Shown here piece by piece: positions 24,680 through 37,227 of a stretch of 64,000 nt of DNA. The stretch is from Octopus vulgaris (lineage: Eukaryota). Every line of letters starts with the position of its first letter. Position 1 is the first letter of the stretch. The notes under the pieces were generated by a model. The model searched no databases. It was not told the origin of the DNA and saw only the letters and a program-made list of their open reading frames with translations. Made by a program: the position numbers and the translations under genes. The stretch covers positions 181,288,001-181,352,000 of the forward strand of contig OX597815.1 of NCBI GenBank assembly GCA_951406725.2, written 5' to 3'.

Positions 24680-25350
24680 ATAAGTATGGCCTTCCTTGGG
24701 TCAACACTCTATCCAATACTTGACTACCATACTCACTGCCTAGATGGAGAGGCATTGACTCTGAGGGCCAGCTAAGATAGTGAGATGCTCGATATAGGCC
24801 TTATTACACGCGACCACCTTGACTATGAAAATCGGTGTGAATATCCGGCGGTACCACCGTTGTGTCCGCAAAGAACCATCAATCGTTTCTACAGTTCATT
24901 TTCCGATCCTGATCTAAAGTCTCATTGAAGGAGAAACAGAGTGACGGGTTATATGGAATGCATGAATGAGTACTGAAAGTGTTTTCATTTGATCAAATGG
25001 TTCTCTCGGGCTTTGCCAAACACAGACGTTACCCTTCACATCAGAAAGAATATGTTCCTGGCGTCTCCATGCACAATACGTCAGATAATGGTCTCTGCCA
25101 TCAGGAATAACTCGACGAGGCCTCCTATTCACTTGCAGGAATCGTCGTTGTTGATGTTTTGATGATTCGATTCACTGCAAGAACTAGGCAGTCCTGATAA
25201 CATCTGGCTGCCGAAAATGTCTCTTTGTCTTGGCTATGAATGACATGACCCTACCAGGGACCTGCAACGCTTTCCTGGAACTAAAACCAAGGACTCGGTC
25301 ACGTTCAAAGAGCTGTCGATTTTCGCATTGCTCTGTTTGTCTGTTATAGC
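24680..25350 (-). mobile_element. Highly decayed Tc1-like transposase relic
   Basis: Minus-strand NRQLFERDRVLG resembles the Tc1 N-terminal QLSEFERGRVIG, followed by RRPRRVIPDGRDHYL (GRPR..DR-like). Many disruptions. Confidence 0.45.
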
Positions 25351-25857
25351 CACCAGCATCACATGCTCTGACGTTTTTAAAGTTAAATTGATATCTGAGA
25401 TGTTGATGCTATCAATACAACTGAAAGAGGAAAGAGGAAATTGAAATTTGACGCATACAGCATATCATTATACTCCGTTGGTTTCTATATTCTGCCTCGC
25501 CAAAGTATGTTCGAAAAGAATCGGCGCATCCGATATATATGTGCGTGCATGTGTGTAAATGTATGTAGAAACACAGAGCTTGTTTGAATGGTAGTGAAAA
25601 CTTTGAATGTGAGAGATACACACGGGATAAAATAACATCCAGTTTATTCTAATGGAACAAAATTTATAAACATTAAAGAAAAACCTGTGGAATAGTTTTG
25701 GGGCTAGGCGCTTTGTCGAAACGGAAATATAAAAACTTAAGAAAAGAGGAGAACGTCCATGTGAACAACACTTCAAATAGACACGACTATCGTATTTAAT
25801 AGGCAGACTAAATGGACACTGTTCACTGTGAGTATCATTACAAAGATAGCTGTCAAA

Positions 25858-26440
25858 AAGGCGGCGAGCTGGCAGAAACGTTCGCGCGCCGGGCGAAATG
25901 CCTAGCGGTATTTCGTCTGCCGTTACGTTCTGAGTTCAAATTCCACCGAGGTCGACTTTTCCTTTCATCCTTTCGGGGTCGATAAATTAAGTACCAGTTA
26001 AGCACTGGGGTCGATATAATCGACTTAATACCTATGTCTGTCCTTGTTTTTCCTCTCTGTGTTTAGCCCCTTGTGGGCAGTAAAGAAATAGGTATTTCGT
26101 CTGCCGCTACGTTCTGAGTTCAAATTCCGCCGAGGTCGACTTTGCCTTTCATCTTTTCGGGGTCGATAAATTAAGAACCATTTACGCACTGGGGTCGATG
26201 TAATCGACTTAATCTCTTTGTCTGTCCTTGTTTGTCCTCTCTGTGTTTAGCCACTTGTGGGCAGTAAAGAAATAGGTATTTCGTCTGTCGCTACGTTGTG
26301 AGTTCAAATTCCACCGAGGTCGACTTTGTCTTTCGTCCTTTCGGGGTCGATAAATTAAATACCAGTTGCGCACTGAAGTCGATATAATCGACTGACCCCC
26401 TACTCCTAAATTTCTGGCCTTGTGCCTAGAGTAGAAAGGA
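25858..26440 (+). mobile_element. SINE family B trimer with TSD
   Basis: Flanked by tagctgtcaaaa on both sides. Confidence 0.9.
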
Positions 26441-27239
26441 AAGGTAGCTGTCAAAAGGATATCGCATAGCGTTTCAGTTTTCAATTTAATGCTTTGGTAC
26501 ACTGGAACAGAAGAATTGGAGTTTGGTGGGAATTGTAAACATCTCATCAATTTAATGACTCTTTCACAGTGTCAGTAATACAAAAACACTGTTTTAGTAC
26601 ACAAAAGCTGACGACATTTTATTTGTCTTGAAACCTTAACTAATCCAGTCGTATTCCGCTCTACTAACCTATTGAAATACTATACACCAGAACCCATATT
26701 TCTTGACTTCAACATATATATACTCCAAAGTTGACTTCGAGGATATATAAAACAGCTACAGAACATTTAAGATAAGCAATTCATTTAAAAGTCGTCGGAT
26801 GGTGGTGATATATATATATACATAACTAGATACATTCGTACATACATACATACATACATACATACATACATACGTACGTACATACACACATACGCACATA
26901 CGCACATGCACACAAATACATACATACTTAGACATTAAAAACCGCAGAATTCTGGATAAACTTGGATTTTCAGAAAAAAAATCAGCCAACTGTAAGCGGA
27001 ACAGTTAAAATATACAAGACTTTTCTCAGGTTTAAAATGTGAAATTGTCTTCGCTATCTACATTCTAAAGATGGAGCTTTGTATGTTTGTTAGAAACCGG
27101 GTCCTTCTTCTGAGGAAGAATTTAAATGATTAAAAACAGAAGAGATAATACATACATAAATACATACATACATACATACATACATACATACATACATACA
27201 TACATACATACATACATACATACATACATACATACATAA

Positions 27240-27640
27240 GCCTAGGAGTGGCTGTGTGGTAAGTAGCTTGTTTACCAACTTCATGGTTCCGGGTTCAGTC
27301 CCACTGCGTGGCACCTTGGGAAAGTGTCTTCTACTATAGCCTCGGGCCGACCAAAGCCTTGTGAGTGGATTTGGTAGACGGAAACTGAAAAGAAGCCCGT
27401 CGTATATATGTATATATATATGCATGTGTGTGTGTGTGTTTGTGTGTCTGTGTTTGTCCCCCTAGCATTTCTTGGTGTGTTTATGTCCCCGTTACTTAGC
27501 GGTTCGGCAAAAGAGACCGATAGAATAAGTACTGGGCTTACAAAAGAATAAGTCCCGGGGTCGAATTGCTCGATTAAAGGCGGTGCTCCAGCATGGCCGC
27601 AGTCAAATGACTGAAACATGTAAAAGAGAGAGTAAGAGTA
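27240..27640 (+). mobile_element. SINE family A, full length
   Basis: Head, ccttgggaaagtgtctt CORE-like segment, internal microsatellite and tail. Confidence 0.9.
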
Positions 27641-27730
27641 TAAATATATAAAATATGAATTTGAGATAAAACCACTATTATGCCACTCAAACAGTGATAG
27701 ACATAAACCAATACATAAATAACAAATAAT

Positions 27731-28348
27731 GGATCTTTTCTATTCTGAAGCCAGTTTTTTCAAATTTTTCCTACTGAACCAAACAATTTGAAACTTCGTA
27801 TACTGGTAGAATGTGTCAAAAGTAAACTTAATTGTAAACCAGAATGAAAACGGAATTGTAACTTCTAAGTTTAACGTTGTTTAATAATTAGAATTTTAAC
27901 CAATGATATTCCGTCATTCGGCTTTATTTTATTTACTCCGTCTCGACCACCAATTTCGTGACGTATTAAACATCTTAAATGTAAACAAGCTATAGTCAGC
28001 CACCTTCTAATAACAAAAGTTTGTCTTTGAAGTTACCGTCTAGGGGAAGCATTGTGTGTGTGTGTGTGTTTGATGGGGTGTGGGAGACAGTATGTTGTGT
28101 AAGTGAAGTGCTTCTGTTAGTGTGTGTGAAGAGACAGAGAGAGTTATGTGTGAAAGAGAGAGATAACTGAAATTTTTTACTCGGTGTATGTGTATATGCC
28201 TGAATGTATGTGTGTATGTATCTGTGTATGTGTATGTATGTATGTATGTATGGCCGATTCAATGTAATTTTTTACACATACTTACACACACACACACACA
28301 TACATACACACACACATGCAGACATACATATACACATACACCGAGTAA

Positions 28349-28397
<49 letters not shown>

Positions 28398-28930
28398 TTT
28401 ATAAAAATATGGTAAAATAAAAAAATTACTTAACCACACACCGAGCTTTTTAGAAATAGCAGCCAAAAATTTCTCAACTGCAAGAAAAAGTCGCCCAGAC
28501 AATGCATACTCAGAAATAATTCACATACGTATAAGAGAAAAACAACGAAAAATCACATGGATTCTCCGATATATGTTATAAAAATATGGATTCTCCGATA
28601 TAATTTATAAAAATATGGTAAAGTAAAAAAATTACTTTACCACACACAAAGCATTTTAGAAATAGCAGACGTGCTTATAAGCTACGTCACAAAACTGCTT
28701 TCAACGTCACACAAACAGATCGCAGTAACGTTTTAGATATGAAAACAAGCAATCCCATTGGTTAAAATTCGCAGTTTTAATCTACGATTAAAGTCATAAA
28801 ATAGATTTTTCTCAAATAAACTAGTTCCAACTGGCGAATAAAATAGTTCCACTCTATGAGTACACAAAGTTTCAAATTATTTAGTTAACTAGAAAGATCT
28901 GGGGTCCTGGCCACAAATTTGAAAAGATCC
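27731..28930. mobile_element. Non-autonomous DNA transposon with GG termini, ~90 bp imperfect TIRs and 8 bp TSD (Merlin/MULE-like)
   Basis: caaataat|ggatcttttc ... gaaaagatcc|caaataat. TIR similarity extends inward through aatttgaaactt.gt.tact. Confidence 0.7.
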
Positions 28931-28932
28931 CA

Positions 28933-28968
<36 letters not shown>

Positions 28969-29586
28969 CTAGATCTCAAAAAGTATAAAATGAATGACAA
29001 ATATATAATATAATAAGTAAATATAATAAATAATATAAATATATTATTATACACACACACACACAGATACACACACGCACACACACACACACACGCACAC
29101 ACACACACGCGCATATATACGCATAACACCATGACACACGCAAATATATGGTTCCACACATACACATAATTTGATACGGGTGCAAAACATCCAACACTAT
29201 TTTTTGCAAATGACTGTAAATATTGACTTCACACAAACACGTTGCTTCCCGATACAGGCACAAGGCCAGCAGAACTATAAATATTGAAAATTGTACCCAC
29301 ACACGCACACATATATACACGCGCGCGCGCCCCAACATACATATAAACACACACACACACACACACACGCGCGCACACATACATACATATAGCTCTTCCT
29401 GTCCTAAACGAACTTACTTATCCAGCTCAAATTCAGTCAAGCGGAAAATACACTCCTTAACTACGCGCTAAAAAGCTATTTAAAATATCCACATGACGTC
29501 TACTGACCAGCCTGAACAATAAGAATTTTCAACAATGCTATTTTCGAAAACTCCATACACCACCCACAGCAAAATTCATTCTAAAC

Positions 29587-29835
29587 ATTCACGTGACCTC
29601 TCTATTATGACCACACCCACGTGACCTCTTTATTATGACCAATAAGAAATCTTAGGCGCGACACTAGCCAAATTTTAACATCTCTGGAGCCTATTTTCTT
29701 ACCCCAACACCAACTTCCAATCAAACATTCACGTGACCCCTTTATAATGACCAATCAAAATTGTATTGACCATTGTCCACAAGAAATTTTAGGCGCGAAA
29801 CCAAGCAAATCTTAAACAACTCTGGAGCCTCTTTT
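29587..29835. repeat. Imperfect ~140 bp tandem duplication with three cacgtgacc..tta.tatgacca motifs
   Basis: Motifs at about 29590, 29618 and 29730. aagaaat.ttaggcgcga..ctctggagcct occurs twice. Confidence 0.75.
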
Positions 29836-30657
29836 TTCACATATAAGAGACAGCAAACCCAACATAAAGTCAGATAAGAGAAAAAAAATCTATCAGAAAG
29901 GAACTCTATCTCTCTTAAAAAAATATCTTTTGATAAGCATAACAAATGCGCAACCGGTAAAAAGAACTTTCACCTAATTAAATACACTCTCCTTTACTTA
30001 AATTATTTTGTCAGCATTTTCTTCATTTTCTTTTTATATATATCACAACTCGTGTTCCACATCTCCTTTTTTAAATATATATATATAGCAAATGAAACAG
30101 TGAAATACAATTGACAAACTAACAATTTATTTACATTATAATATATGATATACTATAAAAATTTAATATAAGATAAAATAACAAATTTAAAAAAAAACAT
30201 ATAAAAACAATTTGTTTCGACTTATATACATTAGTTGATTTGTAAAAAAATTCCTATCTATGAATACAAGTCTTTTCAGGGCCTTGTTTCAAAAAGACAG
30301 ACGAAATTCTATGTAAAAGGGCCGCCAAATTGCAAAATACTGATGCAATATACGCATGTTTAGTAGCGTGAGCGTTGATAATTCAAATACACATAAATAC
30401 AATCAAAGAAACCACAAAATTCGAATGGATAAAATAATTAAGTAGAGACAGTTTACAATGGTCAGGAAATGTTTTTATACATCTCCAATAATAGATCTTT
30501 AACCTAGTTATACTCTAATATTTAAATTACCAAACTATTTTACAAAATAATCACTCTTAATATTTTTAGATGTTAGTTCACATATAATAATTATAAAATA
30601 TTTCGTTTTTGGATTTGGTTTGCAAGGTTCTTTATATGAGTTCGTGTGTTGAAGCAT

Positions 30658-30924
30658 ATTCTGTTGTGTCTGGGGAGAGTCATTCTCTTTTAGTGCCTTA
30701 TTATTTAACACACTCACCGGTAAAATTTCCACTTATTTTCTTATTTTTATTTTCTAAAATTTTCGTTGCGTCTTGCAACCTTTTCAATAGTCGACTATTG
30801 AAAAGGTTGCAAGACGCAACGAAAATTTTAGAAAATAAAAATAAGAAATAAGTAGAAATTTTACCGGTGAGTGTTAATTAATAAGGCACTAAAAGAGAAT
30901 GACTCTCCCCAGACACAACAGAAT
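30658..30924. repeat. Near-perfect ~267 bp palindrome with no spacer
   Basis: Centre at ..caatagtc|gactattg.. (30792/30793). Arms of about 133 bp with a few mismatches or indels. Confidence 0.95.
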
Positions 30925-31295
30925 TATAAAATAATAAATATATAAAAATAAGTATCTAAATTATAATCAACAAATATAGTAATTAAAAATACATATTTTT
31001 TTTTATCAATAAACATATAAACAATAAATAAATTATTCATTATTACTTACATAAATATTATAAATATCTTTCGAAAATATTTATGAAATAAAAAATAAGA
31101 ATTGAAAAATTCCAAAGTAAAAACGTATAACTTATCTTTATAAAATACTTATTACTACTATTATTGTTAAATGTAATAGTACTAGAAATATAATAAGAAA
31201 TTTAGTTAAATTAAATCATTTTTACGATCTAGATCACAAAATGACTAATATTTTTAAAATTTACGTTCAGATATAATAATTATAAAATAATAATA

Positions 31296-31451
31296 ATGGC
31301 CGTGTGGTCAGTAGCTTGTTTACCAACCACATGGTTCCGGGTTCAGTCCCACTGCGTGGCACCTTGGGCAAGTGTCTCCTCCTATAGCCTCGGGCCGACC
31401 AAAGCCTTGTGAGTGGATTTGGTAGACGGAAACTGAAAGAAGCCCGTCGTA

Positions 31452-31516
<65 letters not shown>

Positions 31517-31740
31517 GCGTGTGTGTGTTTGTGTGTCTGTGTTTGTCCCCCTAGCATTGCTTGACAACCGATGCTGGTGTGTTTATGTCCCCATTACTTA
31601 GCGGTTCGGCAAAAGAGACCGATAGAATAAGTACTGGGCCTACAAAAGAATAAATCCCGGGGTCGAGTTGCTCGATTAAAGGCGGTGCTCCAGCATGGCC
31701 GCAGTCAAATGACTGAAACAAATAAAAGAGTAAAGAGTAA
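31296..31740 (+). mobile_element. SINE family A, full length
   Basis: Same head, body and tail as the other copies, with an expanded internal (TA)n. Confidence 0.9.
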
Positions 31741-32206
31741 ATAAATGTACATATCTAAATTATGATTAACAAATAAAAAAGCCTGTATCATACGATTCTC
31801 GTCTGCCAACAATATAAATATGTGTGCTTTTATGCATCATGCGTCGTATGAGAGGTTCTCGCATGGTAAATAATACACTTTTCGGCATTCTAACGAAACA
31901 TTCTCATTAAGTTGGATATAAAAATTAATTAATACTGCTTATGTCACGAATAACCATTGCTTAATTGATAAAAAGCCGCATCGGTTATTAGTTGCTTATG
32001 CATTCTGCAAAAGTAAATAAAAAATTATAGAGTAGGCACTTACCTGGAATTTCAAAGGCAAGAGACATAGAACACGAAGCACCGAGGTAAGACGAAGTCT
32101 CACTGCAAGCCAACAGAAAATATATCATAGTTCAATATTTAAGAGATGAGGAATTATTTACATCATTTACATTTGACGGATATTTGTCCTCACCTTGTTT
32201 GTTGTT

Positions 32207-32252
32207 AACACAACGTTTCGGCTGATATATCCTCCAGCCTTCATCAGGTGTC
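32207..32252 (-). ncRNA. Minimal type I hammerhead ribozyme motif
   Basis: GACAC-CTGATGA-A-GGCTG-gaggatatat-CAGCC-GAA-ACGT-T-GTGTT. It has the core, a 5 bp stem II, a 5 bp stem I and palindromic ACGT in place of stem III. Confidence 0.7.
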
Positions 32253-32446
32253 TTGGAAAAATTTCGAACCTGGGTTCTCATAGCTAAGGTATTCTTCGAT
32301 GTTATTATTATTATTATTCAGATCACTACTTGGAATCGAACTCAGAATCTTGGGGTTAGTAACCCGCGCTTTGAACCACTACGCCATACGCCCGTGGGCA
32401 TATGGCGTAGTGGATAATAATAATGATAATAATAATACTAATAATG

Positions 32447-32504
<58 letters not shown>

Positions 32505-32556
32505 CAACATCGAAAAATACCTTAGGAATGAGAACCCAGGTTTGAAATTTCCCCAA

Positions 32557-32602
32557 GACACCTGAAGAAGGGTGGAGAGTATATCAACCGAAGCGTTGTG
32601 TC
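32557..32602 (+). ncRNA. Minimal hammerhead motif, mutated copy
   Basis: GACAC-CTGAAGA-A-GGGTG-gagagtatat-CAACC-GAAGCGT-T-GTGTC. Confidence 0.55.
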
Positions 32603-32739
32603 AAGAATAAACAAGATGAGGAAAAATATCTGTCAAATGTAAATAATGTAGAAAGTATTCCTTAAGATTGAAACATCTAGGGAAGATTTATCCCGCGTTT
32701 AAGTGTCAGGAATGAGTAGAAGCAATAAGGTAAAGGACA

Positions 32740-33692
32740 AGGCAGCGAGCTGGCAGAAACGTTAGCACGCCGGGCGAAATGCTTAGCGGTATTTCGTCTG
32801 CCTTTACGTTCTGAGTTCAAATTTCACCAAGGTCGACTTTGATTTTCATCCTTTCGGGGTCGATTAAATAAGTACCAGTTACGCACTGGGGTCGATATAA
32901 TCGCTGTAATCCGTTTGTCTGTCCTTGTTTGTCCTCTCTGTGTTTAGCCCCTTGTGGGTAGTAAAGAAATAGGTATTTCGTCTGTCTTTACATTCTGAGT
33001 TCAAATTCCGCCGAGGTCGACTTTGCCTTTCATCCTTTCGGGGTCGATTAAATAAGTACCAGTTACGCACTGGGGTCGATATAATCGCTGTAATCCGTTT
33101 GTCTGTCCTTGTTTGTCCTCTCTGTGTTTAGCCCCTTGTGGGTAGTAAAGAAATAGGTATTTCGTCTGTCTTTACATTCTGAGTTCAAATTCCGCCGAGG
33201 TCGACTTTGCCTTTCATCCTTTCGGGGTCGATTAAATAAGTACCAGTTATGCACTGGAGTCGATATAATCAACTTAATCCGTTTGTCTGTCCTTGTTTGT
33301 CCTCTCTGTGTTTAGCCCCTTGTGGGTAGTAAAGAAATAGGTATTTCGTCTGTCTTTACATTCTGAGTTCAAATTCCGCCGAGGTCGACTTTGCCTTTCA
33401 TCCTTTCGGGGTCGATTAAATAAGTACCAGTTATGCACTGGAGTCGATATAATCAACTTAATCCGTTTGTCTGTCCTTGTTTGTCCTCTCTGTGTTTAGC
33501 CCCTTGTGGGTAGTAAAGAAATAGGTATTTCGTCTGTCTTTACATTCTGAGTTCAAATTCCGCCGAGGTCGACTTTGCCTTTCATCCTTTCGGGATCGAT
33601 AAATTAAGTACCAGTTGCGTACTAGGGTCGATCTAATTGACTGGCCCCATCCACCAAAATTTCGGGCTTTGTGCCAAAAGTAGAAAAGAATA
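32740..33692 (+). mobile_element. SINE family B pentamer (one head, five ~184 bp units) with TSD
   Basis: The period is visible in the ORF track (32879, 33063, 33274, 33458). Flanked by aataaggtaaagg. Confidence 0.9.
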
Positions 33693-33792
33693 AGGTAAAG
33701 GGAAACACAAAAGATCGCCGGACTAAGCATTGGAAATGTATTTGCATCTTAGGAGAATGAATAAGATTGTTTATGTGCGTATGTGTGTGGGT

Positions 33793-33835
<43 letters not shown>

Positions 33836-34614
33836 AGAGAGAGAGGGGAAGAAAGTAAGCGAGTAAGTATAGATGAGGCTTGAAAGAGTGTGGCTTAAGA
33901 GAAAAGGAAAAGGGACAAAGAAGCAATCCCTTGATAACAGATCAAGTCTAAGGCGTGAGGAGGTTTGGAGAGGTGAATATATTTATTTAACCAAAGCTGC
34001 GAAACGGCCGTAATCCTACGGATATCAAATGGTAAAATAAATATATTCACCTCTCATAGCCCCTGACTCTTTATGGTCTACATGTGTGTGTGTGCGTGTA
34101 GTGTGTGCGTTTGTGTATGTATGTAAAAGGTGTACTTTCTGTGACCATCAATGTTCAATGTGCATTTGTTTATTTAAGACAATCGCGGGTGATTCCGACA
34201 TATTTTGCTGATGTTTCTAGAATGACGAGTGAATGTTGTCTCCAAAGGATCTATGGCTCCTTAACTTACCCCCGGAAAGAGTCAGAAGTGGTGCTCTGAA
34301 AACTTCGACGACCTAACCAGCCCCAGTGTCTGACCTCCAAATTACCCCGATTGCAATCTCATGGTCTATGGCAATGGAGGATTCTCCGTCGGTTTCGACG
34401 ATGAACACTCACTGCTCTATCGAATGAGGATTCTGATAACTGAAAATCGCAGAGTATCCTGTAGACACTTGTAATTCTTAGCGTAATTCTTGGGCTGACT
34501 CCACGTGAAACTATGCAACACGGACGGCTTCACCTTTGGAATATTGGTACAACGCAGAAGAGAAAGAAAGTACGTGCAGGCACACACACGGGAGCGAGTG
34601 AACAAATGAGCAAC

Positions 34615-34618
<4 letters not shown>

Positions 34619-34697
<79 letters not shown>

Positions 34698-34831
34698 AAG
34701 AAGAAGAAGAAGAAGAAGAAGAAGAAGAAGAAGAAGAAGAAGAAGAAGAAGAAGAAGAAGAAGAAGAAGAAGAAGAAGAAGAAGAAGAAGAAGAAGAAGA
34801 AGAAGAAGAAGAAGAAGAAGAAGAAGAAGAA
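34619..34831. repeat. (GA)n + (GAA)n polypurine tract
   Basis: Direct reading. Confidence 0.95.
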
Positions 34832-35480
34832 TCTTTGGACTGGTACGTTATCTTTTGACTAACAAAGAATGAAAAGCACAGATGGTTTTGGTGGAATTTA
34901 AATTCAGGGCGAAAGAACGAGTATTAGGTATTTTATGCTGCGCACTGCTACTCCATTTCGCTACCTTTCTCCATTTATAGAAAAACAAATAAATAAATAA
35001 ATAATAAAAGAAAAGAAAAACTAGGAAACCGCAGAGCATCGAGATGTTTATTATATTTTCTTAAAGAGAAATACACACAAAATAATCAGTCATTTACTAT
35101 TTTGCTAAAACTCTCTCTCTCTCTCTCTCTCACTCTCTCTCTCTCTCTCTCTCTCTCTCACATACACACACACAGACGGGTAGCTAGACATATGTGTACA
35201 TACACAATCATATATCCACTTTACTAGCAAAGCACAGATGTATTCCCAAGTTCTGCTTCCCAAGAACTTTTTGTAGATTTTTAAGTAGGTTGTGAGCAGA
35301 ATTATTTGTTAGTAACTTAAGGGAAAGGATGCTCATGAGGGTTATTTAGTAAGATGTGGAGTTATAATAGGGGTGGCAAACGAATGTGTGTCGAGTAGAT
35401 AATAGGTGACCTAAATATGTCTGTCTGCCTTTCTATCCATCCATCCATCCATCTATCTATCTATCTATCTAGCTAGCTAG

Positions 35481-35559
<79 letters not shown>

Positions 35560-35754
35560 CCTATCTATTTATACTACGTTCGAATCACACACGAGGTGCA
35601 GACATATACAAATTATAAGGTGGAAATAAGAATTATGATCAAGTACACACACACACAAGCACACACATACACACACACACATACGCGCGCGCGCACACGC
35701 ATAAGCATACATATATATATATATATGAATATGTATGTATATACATGTATATAT

Positions 35755-36112
35755 ATTCTTTTACTTCCTTCAGTCATTTGACTGTGGCCATGCTGGAGCA
35801 ACGCTTTTAGTCGACCAAACCGACCTCAGGACTTATTCTTTGTAAGTCTCTTTTGTCGAACCGCTGGGTTACAGGGACATAAGCACACCAACATTGGTTC
35901 TCAAGCGACGGTGAGGGAACAAACACACACACACACATATATATATACGACGGGCTTCTTTCAGTTTCCGTCTACCAAATCCACTTACAAGGCTTTGGTC
36001 GGCCCGAAGCTAAGGTACAAGACACTTGCCCAAGGTGCCACGCAATGGGACTGAACCCGGAACCATTTGGTTGGTAAAAAAGCTCCTTACCACACAGCCA
36101 TGTATGCGCCTG
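35755..36112 (-). mobile_element. SINE family A
   Basis: Reverse complement of family A. Confidence 0.85.
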
Positions 36113-36563
36113 TACACCTCTATGTGCAAAAAAGAAAATGAATGACCATAGACCAACTAGTTTCAGGATACTAAGTTACGTGATATATATAGAATATGAG
36201 GGGTTTAGGTTACTAATGGACTAAACAAACAGGTACACAGAGTAAGTGCTGTAATTGGTCATCCGTTAGGTTTCAAGTTCATAGTTGGGGCTGGAGCCAG
36301 GGATCCATAATAGGGTTCCGAATTAGCAGGTATGTATTAAAGGAATCTGGACAACAAAACCAAGGTAGAACGAGTATCTCGGACCATTTAGAATATTTAA
36401 TTCGAATAAAGTGAATAAAAAATGAAGAAGTAGAAGCAGTTAATGTCTTACAGCTGTTTCTGGGATATCCCAGGTAATGGGTCAACATCTCCATACACTG
36501 GGTATTCCGCCTGTATACATACATACATACATACATACATACATACATACATACATACATACA

Positions 36564-36595
<32 letters not shown>

Positions 36596-36599
36596 CATT

Positions 36600-36641
<42 letters not shown>

Positions 36642-36833
36642 TAGGCGCAAACCCTCATGAGCATCCTTTCCCTTAAGTTACAAACAAATAATTCTGCTCA
36701 CAACCTACTTAAAAATCTACAAAAAGTTCTTGGGAAGCAGAACTTGGGAATACATCTGTGCTTTGCTAGTAAAGTGGATATATGATTGTGTATGTACACA
36801 TATGTCTAGCTACCCGTCTGTGTGTGTGTATGT

Positions 36834-36864
<31 letters not shown>

Positions 36865-37227
36865 AGCAAAATAAGTAGCTTGCTAACCAACCACACGGTT
36901 GCGGGTTCAGTCCCACTGCGTGGCATCTTGGGCAAGTGTCTTCTGCTATAGCCCCGGGCCGACCAATGCCTTGTGAGTGGATTTGGTAGACGGAAACTGA
37001 AAGAAGCCTGTCGTATATATGTATATATATATGTATGCGTGTGTTTGTGTGTCTGTGTTTGTCCCCCTGGCATTGCTTGACGGCCGATGCTGGTGTGTTT
37101 AGGTCCCCGTCACTTAGCGGTTCGGCAAAAAGAGACCGATAGAATAAGTACTAAAAGGTGGTGCTCCAGCATGGCCGCAGTCAAATGACTGAAACAAGTA
37201 AAAGAGTAAAAGAGTAAAAGAGTAAAA

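Larger units (their letters stand above)
32150..32650. mobile_element. Fold-back element: tRNA-like head, (AAT)n and hammerhead-containing body on each arm
   Basis: Left arm 32150-32393 is the reverse complement of right arm 32396-32650, whose head is partly deleted. Centre is ccactacgccatacgccc-gt-gggcatatggcgtagtgg. Confidence 0.85.

Noticed and set aside
32740-33692. Regularly spaced repeats resembling a CRISPR array
   Set aside because: The units are whole ~184 bp SINE bodies with no unique spacers. There are no cas genes and the context is eukaryotic.
34270-34380. Tiny DD37D-like transposase scrap (PPNYPDCNL)
   Set aside because: Too short and degenerate to annotate with confidence.
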